A program made the translations under genes and the position numbers. Under the pieces are notes generated by a model that saw only the letters and a program-made list of their open reading frames with translations, had not been told where the DNA came from and made no database searches. From Gammaproteobacteria bacterium (GTDB lineage Bacteria > Pseudomonadota > Gammaproteobacteria > Natronospirales > REEB76), in contig DATAHN010000085.1 in assembly GCA_036263155.1 (NCBI GenBank), forward strand, positions 531 to 64,530: 64,000 bases of DNA, given 5' to 3'. This document shows, one piece after another, positions 39,809 to 49,988 of the stretch; the stretch's first letter is position 1; the number at the start of each line of letters is the position of its first letter.

Positions 39809-39834
39809 GAGCTTCTGTTCGGAGGATGGGGAAA

Positions 39835-40452
39835 ATGGGTATCGAATTATTCGCACGGGGACTCGTCATCGGTTTCGCCATCGCGGCACCCGTGGGGCCC
39901 ATCGGCCTCCTGGTGATCCGCCGCACCCTCACGGAGGGGCGCCTGCTGGGGCTGCTCACGGGCCTGGGCGCCGCCGTGGCGGACGCGCTCTATGGCTGCG
40001 TGGGCGCCTTCGGCCTCACCTTCATCTCGGGCTTCCTCATGGGCTACGCCTTCTGGACCAAGCTGATCGGCGGGACTTTCCTGGTGTACCTCGGCATCAG
40101 CACCTTCCGGGCCAAGCCGCGGGAAGAGAGCACAGGCGCCTCCAACGTGCGCTACGTGACCGCCTTTCTCTCAACCCTGGCGCTGACGCTGACGAACCCC
40201 GCCACCATCCTCTCGTTCATGGCGGTGTTCGCAGGTTTGGGACTTGGGACGACGGCGGGAGACTACGGCGCTGCGGGGATCGTGGTGGCGGGCGTGTTCA
40301 TCGGCTCGGCCATCTGGTGGCTGCTGCTCTCGGGCGGCGTGGCGCTACTCCGCCACAAGTTAGATCCACGGACGATGGGATGGATCAACTACGGCTCGGG
40401 CGCTTTCCTGTCCGCCTTCGGCCTCTACGCGCTGGTGAGCCTCGCGGTCTAG
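39835..40452 (+). CDS. LysE/RhtB family amino-acid exporter
   Basis: I prefer the ATG at 39835, which is 9 nt after GGAGG; the track ATG at 39826 abuts the RBS. GFAIAAPVGPIGLLVIRRTL is the LysE-family N-terminal motif. The protein has 6 TM segments. Confidence 0.8.
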   Translation: MGIELFARGLVIGFAIAAPVGPIGLLVIRRTLTEGRLLGLLTGLGAAVADALYGCVGAFGLTFISGFLMGYAFWTKLIGGTFLVYLGISTFRAKPREESTGASNVRYVTAFLSTLALTLTNPATILSFMAVFAGLGLGTTAGDYGAAGIVVAGVFIGSAIWWLLLSGGVALLRHKLDPRTMGWINYGSGAFLSAFGLYALVSLAV

Positions 40453-42227
40453 TGCTTCTTGGGTGCGTAGAGGTCCGTGATGGTGCCCTCGAAGACCTCC
40501 GCTGCCAGCATCACGCTCTCGTTGAGGGTCGGATGCGGGTGGATGGTGAGGCCGATGTCTTCGGCATTGGCGCCCATCTCGATGGCGAGGGCGAACTCGC
40601 CCGTGAGCTCCCCGGCGTTGACGCCGGTGGCGGCGGCGCCGATCAACCGGCCCGTGCTCTCCTCGAAGATGAGCTTTGTCTGGCCGTCGGTGCGGTCGAT
40701 GGAGCGGGCGCGGCCCGAGGCGGCCCAGGGGAACACGCCCTTGCCGTAGGCGATGCCCTTCTCCTTGGCCTCGGTCTCGGTCATGCCGACCCAGGCCACT
40801 TCGGGGTCGGTGTAGGCGACGGACGGGATCACGCGCGCATCGAAGAAGCGCTTGTGGCCCGCGGCGACCTCGGCGGCCACGTGGGCCTCGTGGCTGGCCT
40901 TGTGGGCCAGCATGGGATTGCCGATGACGTCGCCGATCGCGAAGACGTTCGGCGCGCTGGTGCGCATCTGGCGGTCCACGGGGATGAAGCCGCGCTCGTC
41001 CACCGTGACGCCCGCTTTCTCCGCATCCAATAATTTGCCGTTGGGACGGCGGCCCACCGCCACCAGGACGCGGCCGTAGGTCTGGGGTTCCGGCGCTCCC
41101 TCGCCCTCGAAGCTGGCCTTGATGCCCTGCTTCGTCGCTTCCAGTTTCGCCACCTTCACGCCCAGCAGGATCGATTCGTAGCGCTTCTTGATGCGCTGCT
41201 CCAGGGGGCGCACCACATCCCGGTCCGCGCCGGGAATGAGCGTCTCGGTGAGTTCCACCACGGTGACCTTCACGCCGAGGGCGTCGTATACGCAGGCCAT
41301 CTCCAGGCCGATGATGCCGCCGCCCACCACCAGCATGCGCTCCGGCAGGTCCTTCAGCTCCAATGCGCCGGTGGAGTCCATGATGCGCGGATCGTCCGGC
41401 AGGCCCGGGATCTTCGTCACGGAACTGCCGGCGGCGACGATGCACTGCTCGAACTTGATGACGGTCTGCTTGCCCTCGTGCTCCGCGGCGAGATGGTGCG
41501 GACCCAGGAACTTGCCGGTGCCGGTGACCACCTGCACCTTGCGCTGCTTCGCCAGCATGGCGAGGCCGTCGGTGGACTTCTTGACGACCTTCTCCTTGAA
41601 GCCGCGCAGCTTGTCGAGATCGATCTTGGGCTCGCCGAACACCACACCGTTCTCGGCCATGGCTTCCGCGTCCTCGATGACCTTGGCGGCGTGCAGCAGC
41701 GCCTTGGAGGGGATGCAGCCCACGTTGGTGCAGACGCCGCCCAGCGCCGCGTAGCGCTCCACCATCACGGTGTTGAGGCCGAGGTCCGAGGCGCGATAGG
41801 CAGCGCTGTAGCCACCCGGCCCGGAACCGATGACCACGAGCTGGCATTCGATGTCGTGCTTGCCGGAGTACTCGGGCACGTTAGCCGCCGCAGGCGAGGG
41901 CTTGGGCGCTTCTGCCTTGGGAGCAGCCGCAGCGGGTGCAGGGGCAGCAGGTCTGGATGCGGCGGGCTTTGCCGTGGCGGCAGCTTCGTCCACTTCCAGC
42001 ACGGCGACCAAGGTGCCTTGCGAGGCCTTGTCACCCTTCTTGAGCTTCACTTCCTTCACCACGCCCGCGGCGGGGGAAGGGATGTCCATGGCGGCCTTGT
42101 CGGTCTCCAGGGTCACGAGCCCCTGCTCCTTCGCGACCTGCTCGCCCACCTTCACCAGCACGTCGATCACGTCGACGTCCTTGAAGTTGCCGATGTCCGG
42201 GACTTTGACTTCGAGAGTCTTAGGCAT
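40449..42227 (-). CDS. lpdA: Dihydrolipoyl dehydrogenase (E3) with N-terminal lipoyl domain
   Basis: 592 aa. The lipoyl domain is VTLETDKAAMDIPSPAAGVV. The protein also has GSGPGGYSAA, the redox-active GGVCTNVGCIPSK and a C-terminal HPHPTLNE. Confidence 0.92.
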   Translation of the reverse strand: MPKTLEVKVPDIGNFKDVDVIDVLVKVGEQVAKEQGLVTLETDKAAMDIPSPAAGVVKEVKLKKGDKASQGTLVAVLEVDEAAATAKPAASRPAAPAPAAAAPKAEAPKPSPAAANVPEYSGKHDIECQLVVIGSGPGGYSAAYRASDLGLNTVMVERYAALGGVCTNVGCIPSKALLHAAKVIEDAEAMAENGVVFGEPKIDLDKLRGFKEKVVKKSTDGLAMLAKQRKVQVVTGTGKFLGPHHLAAEHEGKQTVIKFEQCIVAAGSSVTKIPGLPDDPRIMDSTGALELKDLPERMLVVGGGIIGLEMACVYDALGVKVTVVELTETLIPGADRDVVRPLEQRIKKRYESILLGVKVAKLEATKQGIKASFEGEGAPEPQTYGRVLVAVGRRPNGKLLDAEKAGVTVDERGFIPVDRQMRTSAPNVFAIGDVIGNPMLAHKASHEAHVAAEVAAGHKRFFDARVIPSVAYTDPEVAWVGMTETEAKEKGIAYGKGVFPWAASGRARSIDRTDGQTKLIFEESTGRLIGAAATGVNAGELTGEFALAIEMGANAEDIGLTIHPHPTLNESVMLAAEVFEGTITDLYAPKKH

Positions 42228-42257
42228 GTGTCAACCTTTGGTTCGGAAGCCGGGGCT

Positions 42258-42638
42258 TTAATCCCAGCGGTTGGCGTTCTTGGGGAATCCGGGTCTCTGC
42301 ACGCGCACCACGCAGAAGCGCTGTCCGCTGGGAGCCTGCATCACCACCCAGCGGGGCAGCTCCGCCACCACCGTGGCGCCCAGCTTCTGCAGGCGCTTCA
42401 CCTCGGCGGGGATGTCGTCGGTCTCGATGTCGATGTGCACGCGGCTCTCGTGCTCCACCTTCTGGATCTCGACGATGGGCTCGTCCGGCGGGGTCTCCAG
42501 CATGCGGTAGTTGCCGCGGCTGCCGGGGTGCTTCGGATCCACCGGCCAGCCGAGGGCGGCGCCCCAGAACTCGGCGGCCGCATCAACGTCGTCGGTCTTG
42601 CAGTCGATCAGCAGGGCACACAGACGGGAATGATGCAT
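42258..42638 (-). CDS. VOC/glyoxalase-like domain protein
   Basis: 126 aa. LLIDCKTDDVDAAAEFWGAALGW...VHIDIETDDIPAEVKRLQKLGA resembles glyoxalase-like (VOC) domains. It lies between aceF and lpdA. Confidence 0.65.
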   Translation of the reverse strand: MHHSRLCALLIDCKTDDVDAAAEFWGAALGWPVDPKHPGSRGNYRMLETPPDEPIVEIQKVEHESRVHIDIETDDIPAEVKRLQKLGATVVAELPRWVVMQAPSGQRFCVVRVQRPGFPKNANRWD

Positions 42639-42655
42639 TTGCTATCCCTTGCGCC

Positions 42656-43942
42656 TTAGAGCACGAGCCCCCGGGCTTCCGACAGGATCTTGGAGAGGAA
42701 GGTGGTAAAGCGCGCCGCCGACGCACCATCGATGACCCGGTGGTCATAGGAAAGCGACAGTGGCAGCATGAGCCGCGGCTGGAAGGCCTTGCCGTCCCAC
42801 ACCGGCTTCATCTGGGACTTGGAGACGCCGAGGATGGCCACCTCCGGCGCGTTCACGATGGGGGTGAAGGCAGTGCCGCCGATGCCGCCCAGGCTCGAGA
42901 TGCTGAAGCAGCCGCCCATCATGTCGTCAGCCTTGAGCTTGCCATCGCGGGCCTTGGCGGCGAGCTCACCCAGTTCCTTCGCCACCTCGAAGACGTTCTT
43001 CCTGTCGGCATCGCGGATCACCGGCACCACCAGGCCGTTGGGGGTGTCCGCCGCGAAACCGATGTGGATGTACTTCTTCATCACCTGGTTCTGGCCCGTG
43101 GGATCCAGGGAGGAGTTGAAGTCCGGATACTCCTTGAGCGCGGCGACGCTGGCCTTCACCAGGAAGGCGAGCGGCGTGAGCTTGGCGCCGATCTTCTCGG
43201 CGTCGGACTTGAGTTCCTTGCGCAGGTTCTCGAGATCGGTGATGTCCGCCTCGTCGTGCTGTGTGACGTGGGGCACGTTGACCCAGGCGGCCTGCAGGCG
43301 CGGCCCGGAGATCTTCTTGATGCGGGAGAGCGGCTTGATTTCCACCGCGCCGAAGCGCGCGAAGTCCACCTCCGGCACCTTGGGCAGTCCACCGCCGCCG
43401 GCCATGGCGCCGCCCTGCATGACAGCCTTTACGAAGGCCTTCACGTCATCGGGCGTGATGCGTCCCTTGCGGCCGGAGCCGTTGACACGGGAGAGGTCCA
43501 CGCCCAGTTCGCGGGCGAACTTGCGCACCGAGGGACCGGCATGGGCCTTGCCGAAACCGGATTCGTTAATGGGCGGCAAGGAAGTGGGCGCAGCTGCGCG
43601 CGAGGCCTGAGGTGCAGGCGCAGGAGCGGCTTTCGGCGCTTCCTTCGTGGGTGCCGGGGCCTTGGCCGGAGCGGCAGCGGCAGCGGCAGGCTTGGATGCC
43701 TCCGCCTCCGCGTCCATGACGAGTACCAGGGTGCCTTCTGAGACCTTGTCACCCTTCTTCACCGCCACGCTCTTGACGGTACCTGCGTACGGCGCGGGCA
43801 CGTCCATAGCGGCCTTGTCGGTCTCGAGGGTGATGAGGCCCTGTTCCTTGGCGACCTTGTCGCCGGCCTTGACCATGACCTCGATGACCTCGACGCCCTG
43901 GAAGTTGCCGATGTCCGGGACTTTGATTTCTTTTTCCGCCAC
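42656..43942 (-). CDS. aceF: Dihydrolipoyllysine-residue acetyltransferase (PDH E2)
   Basis: 428 aa. It has a single lipoyl domain (ITLETDKAAMDVPAPYAGTV), Ala/Pro linkers, a PSBD (AGPSVRKFARELGVDL) and a catalytic domain ending LSLSYDHRVIDGA. Confidence 0.92.
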   Translation of the reverse strand: MAEKEIKVPDIGNFQGVEVIEVMVKAGDKVAKEQGLITLETDKAAMDVPAPYAGTVKSVAVKKGDKVSEGTLVLVMDAEAEASKPAAAAAAPAKAPAPTKEAPKAAPAPAPQASRAAAPTSLPPINESGFGKAHAGPSVRKFARELGVDLSRVNGSGRKGRITPDDVKAFVKAVMQGGAMAGGGGLPKVPEVDFARFGAVEIKPLSRIKKISGPRLQAAWVNVPHVTQHDEADITDLENLRKELKSDAEKIGAKLTPLAFLVKASVAALKEYPDFNSSLDPTGQNQVMKKYIHIGFAADTPNGLVVPVIRDADRKNVFEVAKELGELAAKARDGKLKADDMMGGCFSISSLGGIGGTAFTPIVNAPEVAILGVSKSQMKPVWDGKAFQPRLMLPLSLSYDHRVIDGASAARFTTFLSKILSEARGLVL

Positions 43943-43953
43943 GGCGCTTCTCC

Positions 43954-46620
43954 TTACACCGTGACCGGGTTGGGCTTGTTCGGATCGATGCCGTATTTCT
44001 TCATGGCCTCGACCACCTTCTTGGCATCCAGCTGACCTTCGTCCGCCAGGGACTTAAGCGCGGCGACCGTGACGTAGCGGCGGTCCACCTCGAAGAAGTG
44101 GCGCAATCCGGTGCGGGTGTCGCTGCGGCCATAGCCGTCGGTACCCAGCACCGTATAGCGGCGCGGAACGTACTCGCGCACCTGGTCGGCGAAGAGCTTC
44201 ATGTAGTCGGTGGCGGCGATCACCGGGCCAGCATGCTTCTCCAGCATCTGGGTCACGTAAGGGATGCGGGGCTTCTCCCCGGCATGGAACAGGTTCCAAC
44301 GGCTGCAGTCCTGGCCCTCGCGGCGCAGCTCCGTGAAGCTGGTGGCGCTCCATACGTCCGCCGACACGCCCCACTCCTTCTCGAGCATCTCGGCGGCGGC
44401 CTCCACCTCGCGCAGGATGGTGCCGGAGCCCATGAGCTGCACGCGCAGCTTGTTCTTTCCGCCTTCCTTCAAGAGGTACAGGCCCTTGAGGATGCCCTGC
44501 TCAGCGCCCGCCGGCATGGCCGGCTGCGCATAGTTCTCGTTCATGCAGGTCAGGTAGTAGAAGACATTCTCCTGCTCCTGGAACATCCGGCGCATGCCGT
44601 CCTGCACGATCACCGCCACCTCATAGGCATAGGTGGGATCGTAGGACACGCAGTTGGGGATGGTGGAGGACATGATGTGGCTGTGGCCGTCCTCGTGCTG
44701 CAGGCCCTCGCCCTCCAGCGTGGTTCTTCCTGCGGTACCTCCGATGAGGAAGCCGCGAGCCTGGATGTCCCCAGCCGCCCAGGCCAGGTCGCCGATGCGC
44801 TGGAAGCCGAACATGGAGTAGTAGATGTAGAACGGGACCATCTGCACGCCGTGGTTGCTGTAGGCGGTGGCCGCGGAAATCCAGGAGGACATGGAGCCGG
44901 CCTCGGTGATGCCCTCTTCGAGGATCTGGCCGGACTTGTCTTCCTTGTAGAACATGAGCTGGTCGGCGTCGGCGGGCTCGTAGAGCTGGCCCACGGAGGA
45001 GTAGATGCCGATCTGGCGGAACAGGCCTTCCATGCCGAAGGTGCGTGCCTCGTCCGGAACGATGGGCACGACGTGCCTGCCGATGCCCTTGTCCTTCACC
45101 AGCGCGGTGATGATGCGCACGATCGCCATGGTGGTGGAGATCTCGCGGTCGCCGGTGCTCTCGAGGAAGGTCTTGAAGAAGTCCAGCGCCGGCACCGGCA
45201 GCGCCTTCGCCTTGCGGCGGCGCTGCGGCAGGTAGCCGCCCAGCTTCTCGCGGCGGGCCTTGAGGTACTTCACCTCGTCGCTGTCCGCCGGCGGACGGGC
45301 GAACGGGACCTTGCCGATCTCCTCGTTACTGACCGGGATGTTGAAGGTGTCGCGGAAGGCCTTGAGTGCGTCCTCGTCCAGCTTCTTCTGCTGGTGCGCG
45401 CCCATGGCGCCTTGGCCTGACTTGCCCATGCCGAAGCCCTTGACGGTCTTCGCCAGGATCACTGTGGGCTGGCCCTTGTGGGTGACCGCCGCCTGGTAGG
45501 CCGCGTGCACCTTGCGCGCGTCGTGGCCGCCGCGGTTCAGGTTCCAGATCTCCTCGTCGCTCATGTTGGCGACCATCTCCAGGAGTTCCGGGTACTTGCC
45601 GAAGAACTTCTCGCGGACGAACTTGCCGTCCTTGGACTTGAAGTTCTGGTACTCGCCGTCCACGCACTCCATCATGAGGCGCTTCAGGAGGTCATCCTTG
45701 TCGCGCTCAAGCAGCGGATCCCAGCGCGAGCCCCACAGCACCTTGATCACGTTCCAGCCGCTGCCGCGGAAGTTCGCCTCCAGTTCCTGGATGATCTTGC
45801 CGTTGCCGCGTACCGGGCCGTCCAGGCGCTGCAGATTGCAGTTGACCACGAAGATGAGGTTGTCGAGCTTCTCGCGCGAGGCGAGGGAGATGGCGCCGAG
45901 CGACTCCGGCTCGTCCATCTCGCCGTCGCCCAGGAACGCCCATACCTTGCGGTCGCTCTCGGGGATGAAGCCGCGATGCTCCATGTAGCGCATGAAGCGC
46001 GCCTGGTAGATGGCCTGCAGGGGTCCCAGGCCCATGGACACCGTCGGGAACTGCCAGTAGTCCGGCATCAGCCAGGGATGCGGATAGGAGGTGAGGCCGT
46101 CCCGCTCCACCTCTCGGCGGAAGTTCAGGAGCTGCTCCTCGGTGAAGCGCCCCTCCAGGAAGGAACGGGCATAGATGCCGGGCGAGGAGTGGCCCTGGAT
46201 GTAGATCATGTCGCCGCCGTTGTCCTGGGTCGGCGCGCGCCAGAAGTGATTGAAGCCCACCTCATATAAGGTGCCGGAGGAGGCATAGGTGGCGATGTGG
46301 CCGCCGATGCCTGAGTTCGCCTTGTTGGCATGCACCACCATGGCCATGGCGTTCCAGCGCAGGTAAGCCTCGATGCGCTTCTCGATGGCGCGGTCGCCGG
46401 GATAGGCCGGTTGCTGGTTGGCGTTGATGGTGTTGACGTAGGCAGTGTTCGGGCTGTACGGCAGGTAGGCGCCGCTGCGGCGCGCTTTATCTATCAGCTG
46501 TTCGATGAGGAAGTGGGCGCGCTCGGCACCCTCCACGTCCAGCACCGACGCCAGGGCATCGAGCCACTCGTGGGTCTCGGCCGGATCCAGGTCCTCGATG
46601 TTCGTCATGTCGTTCGCCAT
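43954..46620 (-). CDS. aceE: Pyruvate dehydrogenase E1 component (homodimeric type)
   Basis: I placed the start at ATG 46620 (MANDMTNIEDLDPAETHEWLDAL...), giving 888 aa that are collinear with AceE. The additional ~530 N-terminal codons of track ORF 43954-48204 are antisense to the M17 peptidase gene and were rejected. Confidence 0.95.
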   Translation of the reverse strand: MANDMTNIEDLDPAETHEWLDALASVLDVEGAERAHFLIEQLIDKARRSGAYLPYSPNTAYVNTINANQQPAYPGDRAIEKRIEAYLRWNAMAMVVHANKANSGIGGHIATYASSGTLYEVGFNHFWRAPTQDNGGDMIYIQGHSSPGIYARSFLEGRFTEEQLLNFRREVERDGLTSYPHPWLMPDYWQFPTVSMGLGPLQAIYQARFMRYMEHRGFIPESDRKVWAFLGDGEMDEPESLGAISLASREKLDNLIFVVNCNLQRLDGPVRGNGKIIQELEANFRGSGWNVIKVLWGSRWDPLLERDKDDLLKRLMMECVDGEYQNFKSKDGKFVREKFFGKYPELLEMVANMSDEEIWNLNRGGHDARKVHAAYQAAVTHKGQPTVILAKTVKGFGMGKSGQGAMGAHQQKKLDEDALKAFRDTFNIPVSNEEIGKVPFARPPADSDEVKYLKARREKLGGYLPQRRRKAKALPVPALDFFKTFLESTGDREISTTMAIVRIITALVKDKGIGRHVVPIVPDEARTFGMEGLFRQIGIYSSVGQLYEPADADQLMFYKEDKSGQILEEGITEAGSMSSWISAATAYSNHGVQMVPFYIYYSMFGFQRIGDLAWAAGDIQARGFLIGGTAGRTTLEGEGLQHEDGHSHIMSSTIPNCVSYDPTYAYEVAVIVQDGMRRMFQEQENVFYYLTCMNENYAQPAMPAGAEQGILKGLYLLKEGGKNKLRVQLMGSGTILREVEAAAEMLEKEWGVSADVWSATSFTELRREGQDCSRWNLFHAGEKPRIPYVTQMLEKHAGPVIAATDYMKLFADQVREYVPRRYTVLGTDGYGRSDTRTGLRHFFEVDRRYVTVAALKSLADEGQLDAKKVVEAMKKYGIDPNKPNPVTV

Positions 46621-46657
46621 GGCAAGGCATGCCCTGTGGTTATCGCGTCGTACGGGG

Positions 46658-46682
46658 AATAAAAACCCCGCCGCCGCGGGGT
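46658..46682 (-). terminator. Terminator-like hairpin within the aceE 5' leader
   Basis: On the minus strand, a 7-bp stem ACCCCGC/GCGGGGT with loop GGCG is followed by TTTTATT (46664-46658). It ends 37 nt upstream of the aceE ATG. Confidence 0.4.
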
Positions 46683-46785
46683 GTACGGCCGACTTAAGGC
46701 CGTCCCGATGCTGGTCTCGCGCTTTCGGCAGGGCCGGAAGCCCTATATCATCACTCCCGGAAATCCCACCGGTCCGGACCACCCG

Positions 46786-48279
46786 ATGCCCGCCAAGCTG
46801 CCGCGTCTTCCCAGGTTCGAGATACGCCAGCTGGCCGTGGATGCCGCCCGGGTGGATGCCCTGGACGCGGTCATTATACTGCTGCCGGAAAGCGCGCTCC
46901 AAAAGCGCTGGCCGGAATTTGCCCACTCTGAACGGCTGCAGAAACGCCTGGACGGCAAGAAGACGCTCGCCCCGACGCGCGTGGACCTGGCCAATGGCCG
47001 CGGCACGGTCGCGGTCCTGGCCGGCTACAAGCCGGACGCCTCCACGTTCGATCTCCTCACCCTCGCCCGCCGCTGCATCGCCAAGGTGCGTGAGAGCGAG
47101 GCGGCGGATGTGGGAGTGATGCTGCCGGCAGTGGACGAGACCCGTCGGCCGGCGCTGCTGGACGCGGTGGTATCCGCGGCGGCGGCCTCGAACTTCGATG
47201 CACCGAGCTTCAAGGCCGAGCCGGCCGGGATCCGCCACATCCGCAACCTGGTGCTGCTCCATGGCAGCAAACCGCTGGACTTCAGCCGGCGCCTGGCGGA
47301 GGCGGAAGGCAATGCCCTCGCCCGCTGGCTCACGCTGCTGCCGGCGAACTACCTCACGCCCGGCCTCTACCTGAGCTACGTGAAGGAACTCGCCCGGCGC
47401 GAGGGTTGGAAGCTCGAGTTCCTGGATGAGAAGAAATTGCATAAGGCAGGCGCCGGCGCATTTCTGGCGGTGAGCCGGGGCAGCGCCGAACGTGATGCCG
47501 GCATCGTGCACCTCACGTACAAGCCAGCCAAACTGGCGAAGGGTGCCAAGCCTCTCGCGCTGGTGGGCAAGGGCATCTGCTACGACACCGGCGGCGTGAA
47601 CCTGAAGTCCGCCAAGTCCATGTTCGGCATGCACGGTGACATGCAGGGCTCGGCGGTGGCGCTGGGCACGCTGCTCGCCCTCACCCGCCTCAAGGCGCCA
47701 TTCCCGGTGGATGCCTGGCTCGCGCTCTCGCGCAACGAGATCGGCCCACGGGCCTATACCCAGAACGAGGTGGTGCGCGCCTCCAACGGCGTCACCATCG
47801 AGATCGTGCACACGGATGCGGAAGGCCGCATGGTGCTGTCGGACACCCTGGCCCTGGCGAGCCGCAGCGCGCCGGGCCTGATGCTGGACTACGCGACGCT
47901 CACCGGAAGCTGCATCGTGGCGCTCGGCAGCCGCTATGCCGGCGCCTTCACCCGTGATGGCGAACTCGGCAAGGCGGTCATCGCCGCGGGCGTCGCGAGC
48001 GGCGAGCGGGTCTGGCCCCTGCCGGTGGACGCGGACTACGACGAAGCCATCGAGAGCCAGGTGGCGGACGTCAAACAGTGCATCATCGAGAGTGAGGCGG
48101 ACCACATCCTCGCGGCACGCTTCCTGGGCCGCTTCGTGCCGGACTCGGTACCCTGGGTGCACGTGGACCTGTCCTGCGCGGAGCACAAGGGCGGCCTCGC
48201 CCATGTGCCCACCGACACCACTGGTTTCGGCGTACGCTTCACCCTGCAGCTGCTGCAGGACCAGGGCATGGTGGCATGA
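46786..48279 (+). CDS. M17 family leucyl aminopeptidase
   Basis: [24 protein letters not shown] and [12 protein letters not shown] are M17 metal-site motifs. The start is uncertain: I prefer ATG 46786 over the track GTG at 46681, which would leave almost no divergent promoter region. Confidence 0.8.
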   Translation: MPAKLPRLPRFEIRQLAVDAARVDALDAVIILLPESALQKRWPEFAHSERLQKRLDGKKTLAPTRVDLANGRGTVAVLAGYKPDASTFDLLTLARRCIAKVRESEAADVGVMLPAVDETRRPALLDAVVSAAAASNFDAPSFKAEPAGIRHIRNLVLLHGSKPLDFSRRLAEAEGNALARWLTLLPANYLTPGLYLSYVKELARREGWKLEFLDEKKLHKAGAGAFLAVSRGSAERDAGIVHLTYKPAKLAKGAKPLALVGKGICYDTGGVNLKSAKSMFGMHGDMQGSAVALGTLLALTRLKAPFPVDAWLALSRNEIGPRAYTQNEVVRASNGVTIEIVHTDAEGRMVLSDTLALASRSAPGLMLDYATLTGSCIVALGSRYAGAFTRDGELGKAVIAAGVASGERVWPLPVDADYDEAIESQVADVKQCIIESEADHILAARFLGRFVPDSVPWVHVDLSCAEHKGGLAHVPTDTTGFGVRFTLQLLQDQGMVA

Positions 48280-49307
48280 ACCAGCTCACCCTCATCCGTC
48301 CTGACGACTGGCACCTGCACCTCAGGGATGGCGCGCTGCTGAAGGACATACTGCCCCACACGGCGGCGCGCTTCGGCCGCGCCATCGTGATGCCCAACCT
48401 CAAGCCGCCCGTGACCACCCTGGAGCTGGCGCTGCAATACCGCGAGCGCATCATGGCGGTGATGCCGAAAGGCTCCGACTTCACGCCCCTCATGACGCTC
48501 TACCTCACGGAGAGCACCTCGCCGGAAGAGATCCACAGGGCGAAGGCCAATGGCCACGTGCACGCGGTGAAGTATTACCCGGCCGGCGCCACCACCAACG
48601 CGGATTCCGGCGTGCGCGACATCCTGCGCTGCCAGAAGGTGCTGGAGACCATGGCTGACGTGGGCCTGCCGCTCCTGATCCATGGCGAGGTGACGGACCC
48701 GGCGGTGGACGTGTTCGACCGGGAGGCGGTGTTCATAGACAAGGTACTCGCGCCCCTGGCGCAGCGCCTGCCTAACCTCAAGGTGGTGCTGGAGCACATC
48801 ACCACCAAGACCGCTGTGGATTTCGTGCGCGCGGCGCCGGCGAACGTGGGCGCCACCCTCACGCCACAGCACCTGCTGCACAACCGTAACGCCATCTTCA
48901 AGGGCGGCATCCGCCCGCACCTGTATTGCCTCCCGATCCTGAAACGCGAGCGGGACCGGGAAGCGCTGGTGCAGGCGGCAGTGAGCGGCGATCCCAAGTT
49001 CTTCCTGGGTACCGACAGCGCGCCTCACGCCCAATACCTCAAGGAGAATGCCTGCGGCTGCGCCGGCATTTACACCGCCCACGCCGCCATCGAGCTCTAT
49101 GCCGAGGTGTTCGAAGCGGCAGGCCGGCTCGACCGACTGGAGGGTTTCGCCAGCTTCCACGGCGCGGACTTCTACGGCCTGCCCCGCAACCGCGACCGCA
49201 TCACTCTCGTGAGGAAGCCCTGGACGCCGCCCGAGAGCTATGCCTTCGGCGAGCACCGGCTGGTACCGTTCCGAGCCGGCGAGGAAGTGAGCTGGACCCT
49301 GGGTTGA
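48276..49307 (+). CDS. pyrC: Dihydroorotase (class II, homodimeric type)
   Basis: 343 aa. The N-terminus is [13 protein letters not shown] and the protein is collinear with E. coli PyrC. The start overlaps the peptidase stop. Confidence 0.9.
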   Translation: MNQLTLIRPDDWHLHLRDGALLKDILPHTAARFGRAIVMPNLKPPVTTLELALQYRERIMAVMPKGSDFTPLMTLYLTESTSPEEIHRAKANGHVHAVKYYPAGATTNADSGVRDILRCQKVLETMADVGLPLLIHGEVTDPAVDVFDREAVFIDKVLAPLAQRLPNLKVVLEHITTKTAVDFVRAAPANVGATLTPQHLLHNRNAIFKGGIRPHLYCLPILKRERDREALVQAAVSGDPKFFLGTDSAPHAQYLKENACGCAGIYTAHAAIELYAEVFEAAGRLDRLEGFASFHGADFYGLPRNRDRITLVRKPWTPPESYAFGEHRLVPFRAGEEVSWTLG

Positions 49308-49347
49308 GCGTATCTTCCCCCGTACGCTTCCTTTATCCTGCTCCCCC

Positions 49348-49983
49348 ATGGACCACTCAACCCACCCGCACCCTTTCTCCCAGCGCTTCCGCGGCTTCCT
49401 GCCGGTGGTGGTGGACGTGGAGACCGGCGGCTTCAACGCGCAGACCGACGCACTGCTGGAGATCGCGGGTGTGCTGCTGGAGATGGACGACTCCGGCCGG
49501 ATCCGGCGGGGCTCTACCCACAGCTTCCACGTGCAGCCCTTCGAGGGCGCGAACATGGAGCCGGCGGCGCTCGCCATCACCGGCATCGACCCCTACCACC
49601 CGCTGCGTCCGGCGCTGCCGGAGCGCGAAGCCCTGCGGCGCCTGTTCCGCGAGGTGCGCAACGAGCTGGACAAGTACGGCTGCACCCGGGCGGTGCTGGT
49701 GGGACACAACTCCTTCTTCGACCTGAACTTCCTTAATGCCGCCGTGGCGCGCAGCGGCGTCAAGCGCAACCCGTTCCACCCCTTCTCGAGCTTCGACACC
49801 GCCACCCTGGGCGGCGTGGCGGTCGGACAGACGGTGCTGGCGCGGGCGGCGGAGGCCATGGGCCTGGCCTGGGACAGCGCCGCGGCCCATTCCGCCTCTT
49901 ACGATGCGGAGAAGACCGCCGACCTCTTCTGCGAGATCGTCAACCGCTTCCAGGACATCTACCTGGCTTCTCTGAAGCGCTGA
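49348..49983 (+). CDS. rnt: Ribonuclease T
   Basis: 211 aa. The DEDDh motifs LPVVVDVETGGF, LVGHNSFFDLNFL and HSASYDAEKTADLF are present. Confidence 0.9.
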   Translation: MDHSTHPHPFSQRFRGFLPVVVDVETGGFNAQTDALLEIAGVLLEMDDSGRIRRGSTHSFHVQPFEGANMEPAALAITGIDPYHPLRPALPEREALRRLFREVRNELDKYGCTRAVLVGHNSFFDLNFLNAAVARSGVKRNPFHPFSSFDTATLGGVAVGQTVLARAAEAMGLAWDSAAAHSASYDAEKTADLFCEIVNRFQDIYLASLKR

Positions 49984-49988
49984 AAAAG

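Noticed and set aside
46621-48204. N-terminal ~530-codon extension of the 1416-aa ORF (43954-48204, minus strand) upstream of AceE
   Set aside because: The recognisable AceE N-terminus (MANDMTNIEDLDPAETHEW) starts at 46620. The extension is Arg/Ala/Gly-rich with no motifs, and it lies exactly antisense to a well-supported M17 peptidase gene. It is a typical stop-free antisense frame in GC-rich DNA.
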